A stretch of DNA of 62,808 bases, counting the filler, from Choristocarpus tenellus KU-1152 (taxonomy: Eukaryota; Protista; Phaeophyceae): the NCBI GenBank assembly GCA_964200185.2. It is 15 parts of 15 records of this genome, joined end to end, with 100 filler letters (N's around TTAATTAATTAA, not from the genome) between each part and the next. Parts side by side here need not be neighbours in the genome. Positions count along the whole stretch, not along the records: positions 22,907 to 30,164 come from CAXNAD020006447.1; positions 30,265 to 33,564 come from CAXNAD020020936.1; positions 33,665 to 37,032 come from CAXNAD020020494.1; positions 37,133 to 40,412 come from CAXNAD020021071.1; 11 more parts are not named here. The stretch is one strand, 5' to 3'. A program made the translations under genes and the position numbers. The stretch's first letter is position 1; each line of letters starts with the position of its first letter. Below, one piece after another: positions 25,756-38,406 of this stretch. The notes below the pieces were generated by a model. The model ran no database searches. It was not told where the DNA came from and worked only from the letters and a program-made list of their open reading frames with translations.

Positions 25756-26296
25756 CGATTATTGAAGTATGGATTAACTTTTGGTTGATACAACGCTCCT
25801 TGTCTCCTCGTTCATGGGAGCTTTTTTTGATACTTTGTGAATTGAAAGGTAGGCTAGTTCCAAGTGTATGTTACAGGTCGATAGGTAGAAAATGTTGAAT
25901 GTACTGAATTGGTTATGAGGGAATCGATCCAGTGGCGAGTGTGTGAGAGCGGGTATGATATGAGGGGATGACTCATGCTCATGCATTTGTAGCTGCAATG
26001 ACTCGACATAAATGGAATTATATCTTGGTGCCAGGTTTTGGAATGCTTCATATCTCTTTCCAATTCTGGTGAGTGTTTGTTACAAGCTGAGGGATGACAT
26101 AATAATTTGTAGTTTGTTACAAGCTGGGTGTAGTTTGTAGTCGGTGTGAGGTTGTGTCTTGTGTCTTGTGTCTTATGTCTTGTGTCTTGTGTCTTCTCTC
26201 TTTTGCCTACATATTTAAAATTTTGTCATTGACTATGCCCCCCCCCCCCCAACTACCTACTGGTGTATGAATGAATAGACACAAAGCGCCTTCCAG

Positions 26297-29200
26297 ACAC
26301 AGGGGCCAACTGCTTCCCCATCAGGGTCGTTGAATGTTGGGGCGGGGCCTCCGCCAGGTCTCCCACCTTTAGGGAATGTGAAGCAGGTGAGTGGGGCAAG
26401 CAGCATCCCCTGTCCGCCCTAACCTCCCATCTTGTTTTGGCATTATTTCCTGGTTGAGGTGGGGGTTTGGTAGGGGGGGTGTAGGAATGATCGGATTGAT
26501 TTGTTAGTGTGTCTGTTTATACTCCAGAGTGTGTATGAATATAGTATATTTTAGAGGGAGGTATTGCATTGTAATCAAAGTTTGGGTTAAAAGTACTTGA
26601 AATGAGGTCAAGTATCTTAAAGAGTCTCTGGATATTTTTACCAATTTCTGGTGAGGAATTTGAAATGATCAAATCTGAGATAGAAATTTAAATTTTGACC
26701 TATGTCCTGTGTCTTTCACTTCCTTCTTTTTTTGTACTGATTGATCACTCTTGCCCCTTGCATTTCGTAGTCTTATCTATCAAGTTTCTGGCACATTTTG
26801 AAACCCAATGAAGTTGATTCTGTTCTTTACTCCTTTGCACCTCCTGCTTCTCCAGGTGCATGAGCTGGAGGCAGAGATGGATAGCCTCAAGACCCACTCG
26901 CAGCACACACAACAGGTTGGACAAGAGGTCCATTTGCCTGGAACCCTGCCCCCCCCCCTTGTATGCACTCCTTGTTTATTTTGTGGAATTGAGAGGAAAG
27001 GACCTCTTGCATCTTTGCAGATGGATTGCTCTTTTTGGAGAACGTGTTGGTTGTTGATAGTGCAACCAACGCTTCTATAATAGGCATAGTATGATCAATG
27101 GCCTGTCAGTTGTGTTGTTGATAGGATAGGGGAAGTGGAGTCAGAAGGAGTAGGGGCATTTAAGTTCCATATTTAGTCTCGAGGAAAAAGAACCTCGGGA
27201 TTGTCTAGAACTAGTTTGAGCTCATTTCCACTACTGAGAAGTTGTTGCATGTTAGGGTTAGCCTGTTGCATGTCAGGCCTCATTTTTTCCCTTGGTCACA
27301 CAACCCTATTTCGCACCTCCCTACTTCAAAAATATTATGGCAGGTTCCAGCACCACAGGTGAAGGCTGCACAGCAGCAGCAACAGCAGTCACCGCCTCCG
27401 CAATCGCAGCAGTTGCAGCAGCAGCAGCCCCCTCAGCAGCAGCCACAGCAGCAGGTCAAGAATGTGCTTGTTGATGTTTCTGTATGTGCTGACATGGGCG
27501 TGCATGGTCTCCTTGTTATCCTTTCGTTGTTGTTGTGACATTGGACACGCATCTACATTTATGAGTTCTTTTTGTTTAAAGTGTGCATTAGGTGCAGAAA
27601 TCGCGCGTGGTGTTCATCTTTAAAAAAATCTTACCGACGATTGCCTAAAAAATTTCTTTAGAAATGTATGTTTTTATTTTTGCATGTCAAAGTGGATGTG
27701 CAAAACACCAATGTATGTATATGTATGTATGTATTATGTACATGTACACTCTTTGCTTCCATTTTCTCGGTATACATGTACATACATACATTTTGTGTGT
27801 GTGTGTGTGTGTTTCAGCTTTCTCATCCGCCTGCACCTGTTCTTAATCTGTGTACTGACTGGGTACCTCCAGTCGCAGCCAGCGCAACCTTCTGTGCCAC
27901 CCCAGGCGCAGCAGGCACCTCGACCACGACCGTCGCGGCAGCAACAGCCTCCGCCGCCCCAACAACAGCAACACGCCTCCCAGGCACCTCCACCCCAGCC
28001 CCAGCAACAAAGTCAGCAACCGCACCAGCACCAGCATCAGCAACAGTCACAGGGATCGCCGATGCCTCAGCAGGCAACGCTTCAAGCGCAACATCACCAT
28101 CATCAGTCGCAGGGGCCGCCCCCGCCCCAGCCGCAGTCTCATCAGATGCATTCGGCACCGGCGCCTCAGCCTACTCCACAGTCGCAGCAGCCACAGCACC
28201 AGTCGCAGTCCTTGGGCAAGAAGGAGCAACAGGTGTGATAAATAGGCTTGGTATGTTTTAGTGTAGATGCAGCGGTTTGGTGTGTGTGTGCTGGGGTAGG
28301 GGTTAGGTGTGTAGAGTCTCTTTTTTTGTTGTTTTTGTAGGGGATTGATTTGTGGAAATGCCTCTCTAGAGTTATGACTTGTACCTTGATTAGTTTTTTT
28401 CACTCATGGTTGTATCTTCTGTATTGCTGTGATAATGTCCTGCTGCTCTTTTCAATGGGTAATGTCCTGCCTTTGTTAGCGTCAGCGCCAGGGGGGCCGT
28501 GGAGGTTACAATAAGGCACAGTATGGCGGGAGCCTTCAGCAGCAGGTGTGTAGTGGTATGGTGCAGCGGTCTACCTGACTTTGTCTATTTGACTGGAAAA
28601 GAGAGAGGAGAATATGCTGTATATTATGGAAGGGTTTGTAATATTTTGGTGTTACACACGTCTCTCAAGAGGGTCAATAATACATGATAGTAGCATGGTC
28701 TGTTCTTTAATGGTGTATACCCTTTTTTTGGGCAAGCTTACACATGCCTGTACCCTTGTCCAATGGGTATATCCGGTCTGCTCTTTTCCCTGTTTGTTAG
28801 GGAGCATGGCATGTGTCCATCCATTTGTGTTTTCTTGCTACAAACTAGTTTGTACTCTTACAACTATTATGTTTTTTTATAGAGATTATAGACAATTTTA
28901 TAGAGATTGGACAATGTCCGTAAACTTTTCAATACCATTGCGACAATTGTCTCTCAGAATGTGTTTTGTGTTGTGGAATGATCCCAATGCTCCTGTAGTA
29001 GTTTTTTTTCTCAATGTGATCATTGGCTCCATTATATCTCTTTCCCCCAACAGCCATCACCCCAGCCCTACCTCAAGACTCCTCTTTGTCCACCCCCCAA
29101 ACACACAACTGTTCCCCAGGGTTACTACTCAGGCAATGGACCAGGTCCCTCCGGTGTTGGTATTGGTGGCAGTGGTGGCAGTGTAGGAGGTAATGGGGGG

Positions 29201-30060
29201 AAGGTGTCTGTAGGGGGGGGAGGTATCTATGCCCCAGCAACAGCAGGATCTACACACTCAGGATCCCATTCAGGATCTCCTGGAACATCTGGAGGTGTGT
29301 CTAAGCCCCTCTATGGGGGACAGCAGTCGCAAGGTGGTGGCGGGGGTGGTGGTGGTGGAAGTGGACCTGGGGGCATGAGCGCAATGCAGCAAGGTGGTCA
29401 GCAGCAGCCTCAGGTGTGCATCCCTTAGGTGGTGGTGTTAGATTAGTTGGAAGTGGGAGGCGGGGGTGAGGGTGAGTACAGTGATGCCAATGATTGGGGC
29501 AGAGAAGGTAGCTGGACAAAAACATCCAGTTTGCTGGGTTGACTCACAGGCTGTTCTATTGGTCTAACTGTTGCTTTGCTTTTTGTGTGTTGATCCTTAG
29601 GCTTCAGTCTTGACCTAGTGTGTAGAGTTAAGCTCTCGACATTGGAGTGTGCTTGTTATTTTAACCAAGCGCTGCATCACATCTGTTAGTATGGAACTAC
29701 TGTGTATTTCGAATGGAAGGAGCTCTGCTGTGCTTTGTATACAAGGCACTCTGCATTTGTTCGTGCGCTATGTAGCTGCTGCTCTGATAGGAATAGGTCA
29801 TGATAATGCTGTTGGTGCATGTTGGTTTGTCTTTGTCTGGTATTTTGGGCTCACTTTTGTTCATTCATCTGTGTGATGTATTCCCTTCCCTCCCCCCGTC
29901 CCCGTCCCCGTCCCACCTCCCCTCTCCACAATGAATGTTGAATTCAAAGGTCCAGCAGCAGCAGCAGCAGCAGGGCTATGCTCCAGCTCCCCCTGGGATG
30001 CCTGGGCAAGTGGGCTATCAGACATATAATCCCTCTGGGCAACAATTTGGCAACATGTAA
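26297..30060 (+). CDS. Q/P/G-rich low-complexity protein (partial); exons 26297-26386, 26856-26915, 27344-27454, 27873-28232, 28480-28545, 29120-29413, 29950-30060
   Basis: Seven AG/GT-bounded phase-0 exons splice into one open frame with polyQ, RQGGRGGY, Gly-rich and GYAPAPPGMPG segments; the final TAA overlaps a possible GTAAG donor. Confidence 0.75.
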
Positions 30061-30264
30061 GGCATGAATCAATGTGATACTGGAGCAGCAGTCTCCTTTC
30101 CCCCCCCCCCCCCCCCCCCCCCCCCGTTGTTGTTGTTCTGTTTGTTTCTGGGTGGGGGGTGTTTNNNNNNNNNNNNNNNNNNNNNNNNNNNNNNNNNNNN
30201 NNNNNNNNTTAATTAATTAANNNNNNNNNNNNNNNNNNNNNNNNNNNNNNNNNNNNNNNNNNNN

Positions 30265-33100
30265 GTCCAAGGTCACGAGTCTATGGAAGAAGTGGGGTCT
30301 TCAACCACTATCGACTCTGACTCGTCTAATGTCAACTTTACATCGTCCAGTAACATAACACTTGCCGAACATATATGAGGTTCCCCCCCTTCCCCTGTTA
30401 CAGATCGTCAGACTCATGCCAGGCCTGTGTTGTCAACCCTTGAACATCGTGTTAGCTCGGGCGACCATGACACTCGTCGGGTCCTGTTTCAGGAAGAACC
30501 GGTCCCGCCTCCAAGTTCTAGTACTTGTGAAGTGGTCATTTCGCAGGCCAAGTTCGGCGATGCTGTATCAGCGTTCATCGTGCACCACGCGAACAAGTGT
30601 GCAAGAACAAACACCGTGCCTCCTGAATGGCTTCAGGACCTGATGAAGCTCCAAGTTCGGGGAACGGGCATTGATCACGTAAGATCCGTTGAACAGAGTA
30701 GCAATGTCGCACATCCCCAACCACGGTCATAAGGGAGTCGTTTCAGGTTTTCCGCTTCGGAAATATCATCTGGTCCGACAATTACAGGTTCTGGAGAAGA
30801 AGATTTGCCACTCCTGTTCTCTAAATGGCATATGGCAATGTCCCTGCATTCTAGTCAGTATGGTCCAGCATCCCCTGAAACAGTTGATGCTGGGTGTGTA
30901 GAATTTTTGCCAAAGAATTCTTCGTCCATGTTGATGCCAGTGAGAGTCGTGCTGGAGGTTTTTTTAGCACAACCTCGATCCGATAATCCTACTGACCTAG
31001 GTATCATTGCATACTTAGCAAAAGATTTAATGAAGCTCAACGTCACTATTCAGCTACATTAAGAGAGTGTTATGCAGTCGTTACAGCTATCACTCATTGG
31101 CGACCGTACCTTTGGGGTAGACACTTTACCTGCACCACAGATCATGCCACATTGTGTTACTTGTATAGAATGCAGGATACCAGTAACATGCTTACTCGTT
31201 GGGCCTTTGTGCTTCAAGCTTATGATTTCACTGTCAAACACAAGCCTCGTAAACTCAATGTTATACTTGATACTCTATCTCGTATTTTCAAGTTTGAGGA
31301 ACAGGAGAAATCCGTTGCTCCAATGCTGGCACCAATCTGTCGTAATGTGCATTAAGGTAGTCGTGCATTTACCACACGTGTTCAAAAGGAATATGAGTTA
31401 CCTGCTTCTAACCTTGACCAAGCAACGCCCGTCCAAAGTGACCGTGAACTATGTACTAGTTCCACTACTACTGTGTTCCCTGCAGTGGGCCCGGAGCAAT
31501 TGTGCAAGGAGCAGAAATCCGAGTCCGGGCCATATTTCAGGTATTTGCAGTCCCCCAACGTCGCCCCATCGCCTGATAAGGAATTAATGACCTACTGTAT
31601 CGTTCGTATTTACCAGGCCATCTTTGTAAGAAGAGCACGTTTAGAGACCAGTTGGTCATTCCTCACTCGTTAGTCCGTCTTCTACTCCATGCTTGTCATG
31701 ACCATGCATTGTCTGGAGGCCACTTAGGTTTCAAACCCACGTTCAATAAGGTTAGAGACTCGTATTGGTGGCCAACATTCAATATCGACATTCGTACATG
31801 GTGTCGTGATTGTCAAGCATGCCAAACACGTAAGACTGCTCATGAGAAACCTACGCTTTCCACTAGCCATATGCCCGTTGACAGACCATTTCAACGTGTT
31901 GCTATTGATTTGGTAGAGTACAAAACACGTTCCCCAGCAGCAAATGGTGTGATGTACTCGTATGTGTTGTCTGCCATTGATCACCTCACTCGTTTTGTTG
32001 TGTTGAGCCCTATTCCAAAAAAGGTTCCACAACAATTGCTCGTACACTGGTAGAACGTGTATTTTCAATTTTTCGTCCACCCGAGTTGTTACACTCCGAT
32101 CAAGGTACTGAATTTGAAAACAGTATTGTTGCAGAGTTGCAGCCTTTGGTTACAAGAAAACCAAAACCACACCAAATCACCCCCAAGGAAATTCTCTGTT
32201 AGAAAGAGTACATGCTAAGTTGCATTTTATGCTAGCAATGTATACCTTTGTTGTTGGGGATAACTGGGCATCGTTATTGCCTTTCGTACAGTTAGCCCAT
32301 AACATAGCATTCAGTACAAAGTTGCATGAAACCCCGTTTTCCCTTCTGTTTGGAAGACAAGCTCGTTTACCTGTTGATATTATCCTTGATTCGTCTAATG
32401 CTGATTCAGATATCACTACTGAAGAGTTTACTCAACAAATCAAAGATAATTTACAGCTTGCATTTAAGTTGGCACATCGTAATCTCCATGAACGCGTTAA
32501 AAATCAGGAGCGTGTCAATCAACGTCTTGCGTTCCCCGTTTTTTCGTAATTGGTGATCAAGTTCTAGTCCATAGGCCACATGAGACTACTGATGGTCCAA
32601 ATCCGAAGTTACTTCACCCTTGGAGGGGTCCGTATGAAGTACATTCTAAGGTATCACCCCTCGTGTACAGGGTATTACTACCTGGAAACTCACGTCCGTT
32701 TCTGTTCATCTGGGTAGGATGAAATATTACTATTCTCAAGTCCAACCTCCCACACCAGATTTGAATGAACTGGATTACTTGTTTCTGGGAAGACCAATAC
32801 CATTACCGGATGTAGACCATCAAATTTCTCAACCTGTTATTGGCCAATGTACTATTGATAGCATTTTTTGACATAGAACTGGTCCTGGTCGTCGTTCGTC
32901 CACTAATGGTATCTATCGCCTTCGTCTTTTTGACTATGGACCGTCTTGTGATCTTCACAAAAGAATAGAACAGATCCCACAATGCCGTGAAATGATTGCA
33001 ACCTATCGCGCAGTAAATGGATTGGATAACCAGTCAAATTCCCGTCCCTCGTGTTGGTGATTTGAGAATTCGTTATCATACTCCTTTGAATGGTCTGTAT
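30265..33100 (+). mobile_element. Ty3/Gypsy LTR-retrotransposon pseudo-pol: gag-like part, RNase H end, integrase, possible chromodomain-like tail
   Basis: LTRWAFVLQAYDFTVKHKP; HDHALSGGHLG...WWP...CRDCQACQ; PFQRVAIDL; HSDQGTEF; HPQGNSLLER; WRGPY; several frameshifts. Confidence 0.92.
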
Positions 33101-33272
33101 ATCATGCATTGCTGTCGTGTCATAGCCTATCGTGTCAGTAAAGAGATTATCGTGGGTATGTGTGGTACAGATCATGATCAAAAGTTTTTGTTTTTTTTTT
33201 AATTGGGAGTTTGTGTATTTATTTTTAAACTAGTGTCCCTTGACCAGATCTCGTGGTACCCACACACTATAA

Positions 33273-33532
33273 GAGCCAAAGTATCTTAGAGGGTAGAGTC
33301 GCGTCCATTTGGAGGCCAAAATCCAATGTCGTGATTTCAGTGTATTTTTGGCTATCATGTTTGTTAGGAAGTGTCAATATCCTTGTTCTAGACACACCTT
33401 TTCATAATATACAAATTTTTCCTATTCCAAAATATTTTGGAGTAGGAAAATGTCATAAAAAAACCCCATGGGAAGCCAAGCCCCAAACGGACAAACAGGG
33501 CAAAACTCGTACCCTCCAAGATACTTTTACTC
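33273..33532 (+). mobile_element. MITE family A, full copy, TSD ATAA
   Basis: TIRs; flanks ATAA/ATAA. Confidence 0.92.
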
Positions 33533-33994
33533 ATAATCCTCTGTTAAAACATAGGCTACTCATTNNNNNNNNNNNNNNNNNNNNNNNNNNNNNNNNNNNN
33601 NNNNNNNNTTAATTAATTAANNNNNNNNNNNNNNNNNNNNNNNNNNNNNNNNNNNNNNNNNNNNCCCCTCCCAGATATTTTGAGCCTGAACGTGATAACA
33701 TGGTTGAAATAAGAAGAGTGATCTTTGTGGGGTGTCTTCTCATTGCTTGTTTTATTATATTTTGTGCTTCCTACCAGAGTCAACTGTTGTCAAAGTAGTT
33801 GAATGCAGAATAATAACCAATACGTAATCCCATTCATAATCTGGATTTACTATCTCATTAGTTACATCTCTGGTACACAAAATAAGGTACACCTCACTAT
33901 TGTCCTATTTTGCACATATGGCTGTTGAGTTGGTGATCATATATGGAACGTGCTGAGCGTTGCCGTGGTCCTATGTTGTACGTCTGTTGGAACA

Positions 33995-35256
33995 TTAATG
34001 TGAAGCACGGTTGTGTTTCTCTACACACTTTTGAGTTGCCTTGGTGATGTAGAAGGGTCTCCACTTCACGAACGTGGACAGGGACGATATCGGTCCAGAT
34101 GTTGCCTCCATCTCAAACCTCTCTTTCAAGTTTGCGTAAACATGGTCGTCGGTCCTAATCTGTACCCTGCGAACGTATACAGGGGATAAATGTTTAGTTA
34201 GTCGTACATATGTTTGTTCTTGTATTTAGAGGAGAGAATGTACACATTGTGTCACGGTGAAGGAGTAGGTTGCGGGCAGAAATAATATAAATTCTTTCGC
34301 TTTATGGTGGTTTGAATACAGTACCTCTGAGAGTGTTGCCGACACAGTGCATCTGGGTGGCACACCCTTTTATTGGTGTTAGGGTTCAAGGAGTGCATTC
34401 CCTTAGCGGAATCGTGAGAAGTGATCAGGTCGTGGGGTATGGCCATGCTGTTGCTTTCCCACACGGTTAGGTCAAGGGCATGTTTTTCAGGGTGCTGCAC
34501 ATGCCATCGCGAGGAGCTGTCTCTCGTGACGTCGAATATCCTTGCCCTGTCCTTCTTCATCCTAACAATCACGGGCGAAAAGAACGAGGGAATGTTGGAT
34601 GAATGGGTGGATGTTTTCTTGGTGATGTGTTGAAATTTTTTGAGGAGTGTATAGGATACGGCGTTCCGTGTTTGAACCCTGGTGAAAGTTATGTTTTCGG
34701 GGGTGTTGGGTTTCAGGGTTTGAACCCTACCCGAAAAAAACTTAACCTATTCGGGTGTGGACATCCGTACTTTCCTGGTGGGGGATGGTGCAGAGGACTG
34801 TAGGTTGTGTGTGTCGGAATTGGGACACGACTCTCCAATACCATGTATAGTCATAGCACTGAAACGCTCCCTATTGTGGATGATTTCTGTGCGCTTAGTT
34901 GCCGAAGATATGAGGGTGTCGATCTTGATGTATTTCTTGGGCGTCTTGGACAGACTGGGTTGGTACGTGGACGTCACCCCATCGACGAGTACTCTAACAT
35001 CGGGAGCGATGGCCGCAAGGATTGAGTTGTAGACCTGGCGAGTGTGCTCCTTGTTAAGATCCTTCTTCAACGATTCAAGGAATGTCTGGACCTGCATGTC
35101 AGTTGCAGATTCACATATCTCCTCGGACATCAACTCCCGCAGCGCCCTTGCCAATGGCACAAACTTCTTATCCTCGCCCAAAAACCAAGCGGTGAGATCC
35201 TTCCAAGTGTATGTGTCTCCTTCTCCCTCGTTCTTCCCATATTGGTCGACAAGCAT
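33995..35256 (-). mobile_element. Intron-containing Sola2-like transposase N-terminal region (probably defective); segments 35256-~34747, 34561-34325, 34166-33995
   Basis: Phase-compatible AG|GTACTG...CGCAG|G intron (34324-34167) yields QHSQRVQIRTDDHVYANLKERF...ISSLSTFVKWRPFYITKATQKCVEKH, like the Y-xx-F...S-x-F-xxx-RP...CxCxxH region preceding the Sola2 catalytic domain; the first junction needs a frameshift. Confidence 0.5.
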
Positions 35257-35540
35257 GGAGTAGAATAGGTGAAGGATTTTATCGGTCTTGGACTTCTTCC
35301 AAGACTGAAGAGTGCTCTTATTGGTTGGTCTCCCAACCCCCCACTACCTGAAAATGAGATAGGAGAGTTTAGAGAAGTAAGTTGTCTGATCCAGATGCTG
35401 TATGAATTATGAAATAAAGAGATGAATGAGGAAAATGTACTTGTTATTGCACCCAATGCAAGGGAGCCATAAACAGAATTTTTCACATGTCATTGACGAA
35501 CACATAGTAGGTTCTCTACCCCCAAAAACATGTTTGAGGT

Positions 35541-36060
35541 AGAAGGGTAAACGTGCTAGATTTTTCTCTAGTTCAATCGACTGGAGAAAAGGATGTGTGC
35601 AATTTGGGTTGTTTTTGATGATAAAAAAATATCGTCTGGTCTGCCGAACTGCTCTTTTTCTTCCGTCGATCTATGGGAGAAAAGGATGTGTGTATTGGGT
35701 GCGAAGGGTAAACGTGCTAGATCTTTATCTCGTCAATGAATGGATTGGAGAAAATGATGTGTGTATTGGGATTGTTTTTGACGATAAGAAAATAACGTCT
35801 GGTCTGCTTAATTGCTCTTTTTCTTCCGTTGATCTACGATAAAAAGGATGTGTATTGGGTGCGAAGGGTAAATGTGCTAGATTTTTCTCTAGTTCAATCA
35901 ACTGGAGAAAAGGATGTGTGTATTGGGATTGTTTTTGACGATAAGAAAATAACGTCTGGTCTGCCGAATTGCTCTTTTCTTCGGTCGATCTACAGGGGAA
36001 AAAAGGATGCGCATTGGGTGCGTGTTTGACGAAAAACAAATAACGTCTAGTCTGCCGATG
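35541..36060. repeat. About 160-bp higher-order tandem repeat (about 3.3 units), two subunits each ending GAGAAAAGGATGTGTGTATTGGG
   Basis: Core recurs at about 35584, 35677, 35747, 35840, 35904 and 35997 with alternating spacers. Confidence 0.9.
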
Positions 36061-36736
36061 AACTCTGAAGCTCATGAATATTGTTGTGTGGTTGATAGAG
36101 AAAGGTTGCGTGTATTTGATTAAGGATTATGAATATCTGTTGTGGGGGTTTAGGGTTAGGGTTTTGTTGAAAGGAATAAACCCTAACCCTACGGATCTCC
36201 TATTATATGTGAGGCTTTAATGATGACAACATGTGGCGTGTCGTCGCTTTTCTATTTTGAAGATATTGGTTCAATAATGTCGTATAGTACGGTCCGAAAA
36301 TTCTTTTCTTATTTCATACGCATCATTGACGAACTATTACCGTATTTTCCAGGGGCCCCCATATTGCATGGGGGTAGGGGAAGTAGTGGTGATGGGGGGT
36401 GAGCCCTACCTTTTCGGTATTGGGGGATGTGTGCCTTGGGAGTCGGCGACTTGAACCCCTGTGTTGGCAGGGTCTCGTAATGGCCATGGAGTGTCTATCC
36501 CACGTGTGAGATGCGATAATAGAGGTGGAAGTTTCGTTAGATGTTCGGCCTTGCTTGTCTTTCTGCTCGTTGTGTGTGGTTCAAGGAGCAAATGACTCGA
36601 GGTGGGGTGAGTGTAATGGATGGTTTCTCTTTGTATAATTGTCAATTTTTTTTTCCTTTATAAAACGAAAACAATTCCTTATGTTATGGTAGATTATGAA
36701 GGAGAAGTGAGGGGATGAAGTCAGTTTCGGGTACAG

Positions 36737-36881
36737 TACCTACCCCGATTTTATGCCAACTATTACGTACCAAATCGAAAAATATGCAATTGTGTACCGC
36801 TTGTTTCGACATGCTCAAAAGAATAGGATTTTGTACCGGAATTATCGTATTCGGGCGATTTGGCACATAATCGGGGAGATA
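36737..36881. mobile_element. Small TA-flanked inverted-repeat element (Tc1/mariner-type MITE?)
   Basis: CCCCGATTTTATGCCAA ... TTGGCACATAATCGGGG imperfect inverted repeat; single copy here. Confidence 0.4.
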
Positions 36882-37135
36882 TTCACGCGAATTTGGCGCG
36901 CACGAAAAAATTTATCACGAAAAGTGCCTTTTTTCCTGACCACACAGCAGTACAGTATGTTGCTGGTAGGGGAATAGAGTGGAAGCCATGCCTTGTGCCG
37001 CGGCAACCTCTGCAAGATGCCTTCAAATACACNNNNNNNNNNNNNNNNNNNNNNNNNNNNNNNNNNNNNNNNNNNNTTAATTAATTAANNNNNNNNNNNN
37101 NNNNNNNNNNNNNNNNNNNNNNNNNNNNNNNNTCA

Positions 37136-37316
37136 GACCCAAAGTATCTGGGGTGGGGGGGGGGGGTCTACACCAGGGTGTCCATTTCAGCCACAACCGG
37201 GAAAAACGCATTTACATTGTTCAATGAGGTATGCAACCAAATCACCCAAAAATCGCGACATGAAATTTTTTTCCCCAAATGGGCAGTCGCCACCCCCACC
37301 CCAGATACATTGAGCC
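37136..37316 (+). mobile_element. MITE family B, full copy, flanks (N)TCA/TTCA
   Basis: TIRs and body. Confidence 0.9.
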
Positions 37317-38406
37317 TTCAGCTTCATAACACATATGTTTTGTAAATGCATATGAAGTTGTGCACTAGGGTCCAACTAGGTAGTTCACATGCTCGAATTC
37401 ACATGTCTGGACTGCATATTCTGGGGAAGGTGGTAGAAGGCATGGGCTGAGGAGAAGTGAAACCAGAAAGGAGAGGGGAGAGGACATCACACACTTACTG
37501 TGACCATAAAGTTCTTCCCGACCCACAGATTTTCAACAATTGAGCAAAACAATCGATACTGATCAAGAATCTTTCGTGAGGGTTAGGGTCCGGGTTAGGA
37601 CTAGGGTTCATCTTATGGGTGTATCAAAAATAGGATATATCCTCACCCATTGTACCCTTGTGACTTTATGGTATACTCGGGATGTTAAGACACAAGATGT
37701 GTCTGGCACATTGTGCACTGACGATGTGTTGCTCCAGGGCAAAGTCAGTTCCGAGCTTCAATGACTCCAGGGCGCGACAGAGCAACTCTGTCTCCTCTGC
37801 GGTTCAGTAGAGCCAATAGAACATTCTTATCCCTTTCGACTTGAGACAGGAACCCCTTTGCTTTTTGTTAGGGAAATGAGCATAACTCTGCCATAAAAAA
37901 TAGCAATGTACATGACACAACTGCTTCTACTACTTTGAGCATAATAATTTAAGAAAATAAGATAAAAAAGAACCTTGACCTCGAGAGAGTAAAGTATTAG
38001 AGTAAAATGCAGTGTATTGCTTGTAGTGAGTCAAGATAACAAACAATGATAAATAGCAAACAACACTGTAAGCAGATACTCAACATCCAATTACCTTATT
38101 GCTGTACTCCACCACTTTGACCATTGGAAACAACTGGTCATGTAGAAGCATTTGCTCCCACATTCTATGTGTGTGTGTGTTTTATTAAATTCAGTTGCTG
38201 TCCTAGCTGTGATAGCTAGGTCAAAGGAGTCATACACCCCGGCTGAGGACCCCCCCCCACAATGTCATCTCCAGGACTGCGGTGGGTGATCATATTTGAT
38301 GTGTCAGCTTGTAGAAAGTGAGCCACTGTCTATTGTTTTCAATCCTTTACATCAAAGATGCCATCAAGACATGAGCTTCAAATTTGCACGACTTCTTATT
38401 ACTCAA

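Noticed and set aside
27668-28403. Ala/Thr-rich and antisense ORFs
   Set aside because: Alternative frames of the Q-rich exon
35541-36060. CRISPR-like constant core with spacers
   Set aside because: The spacers repeat alternately rather than being unique, there are no cas genes, and the context is eukaryotic
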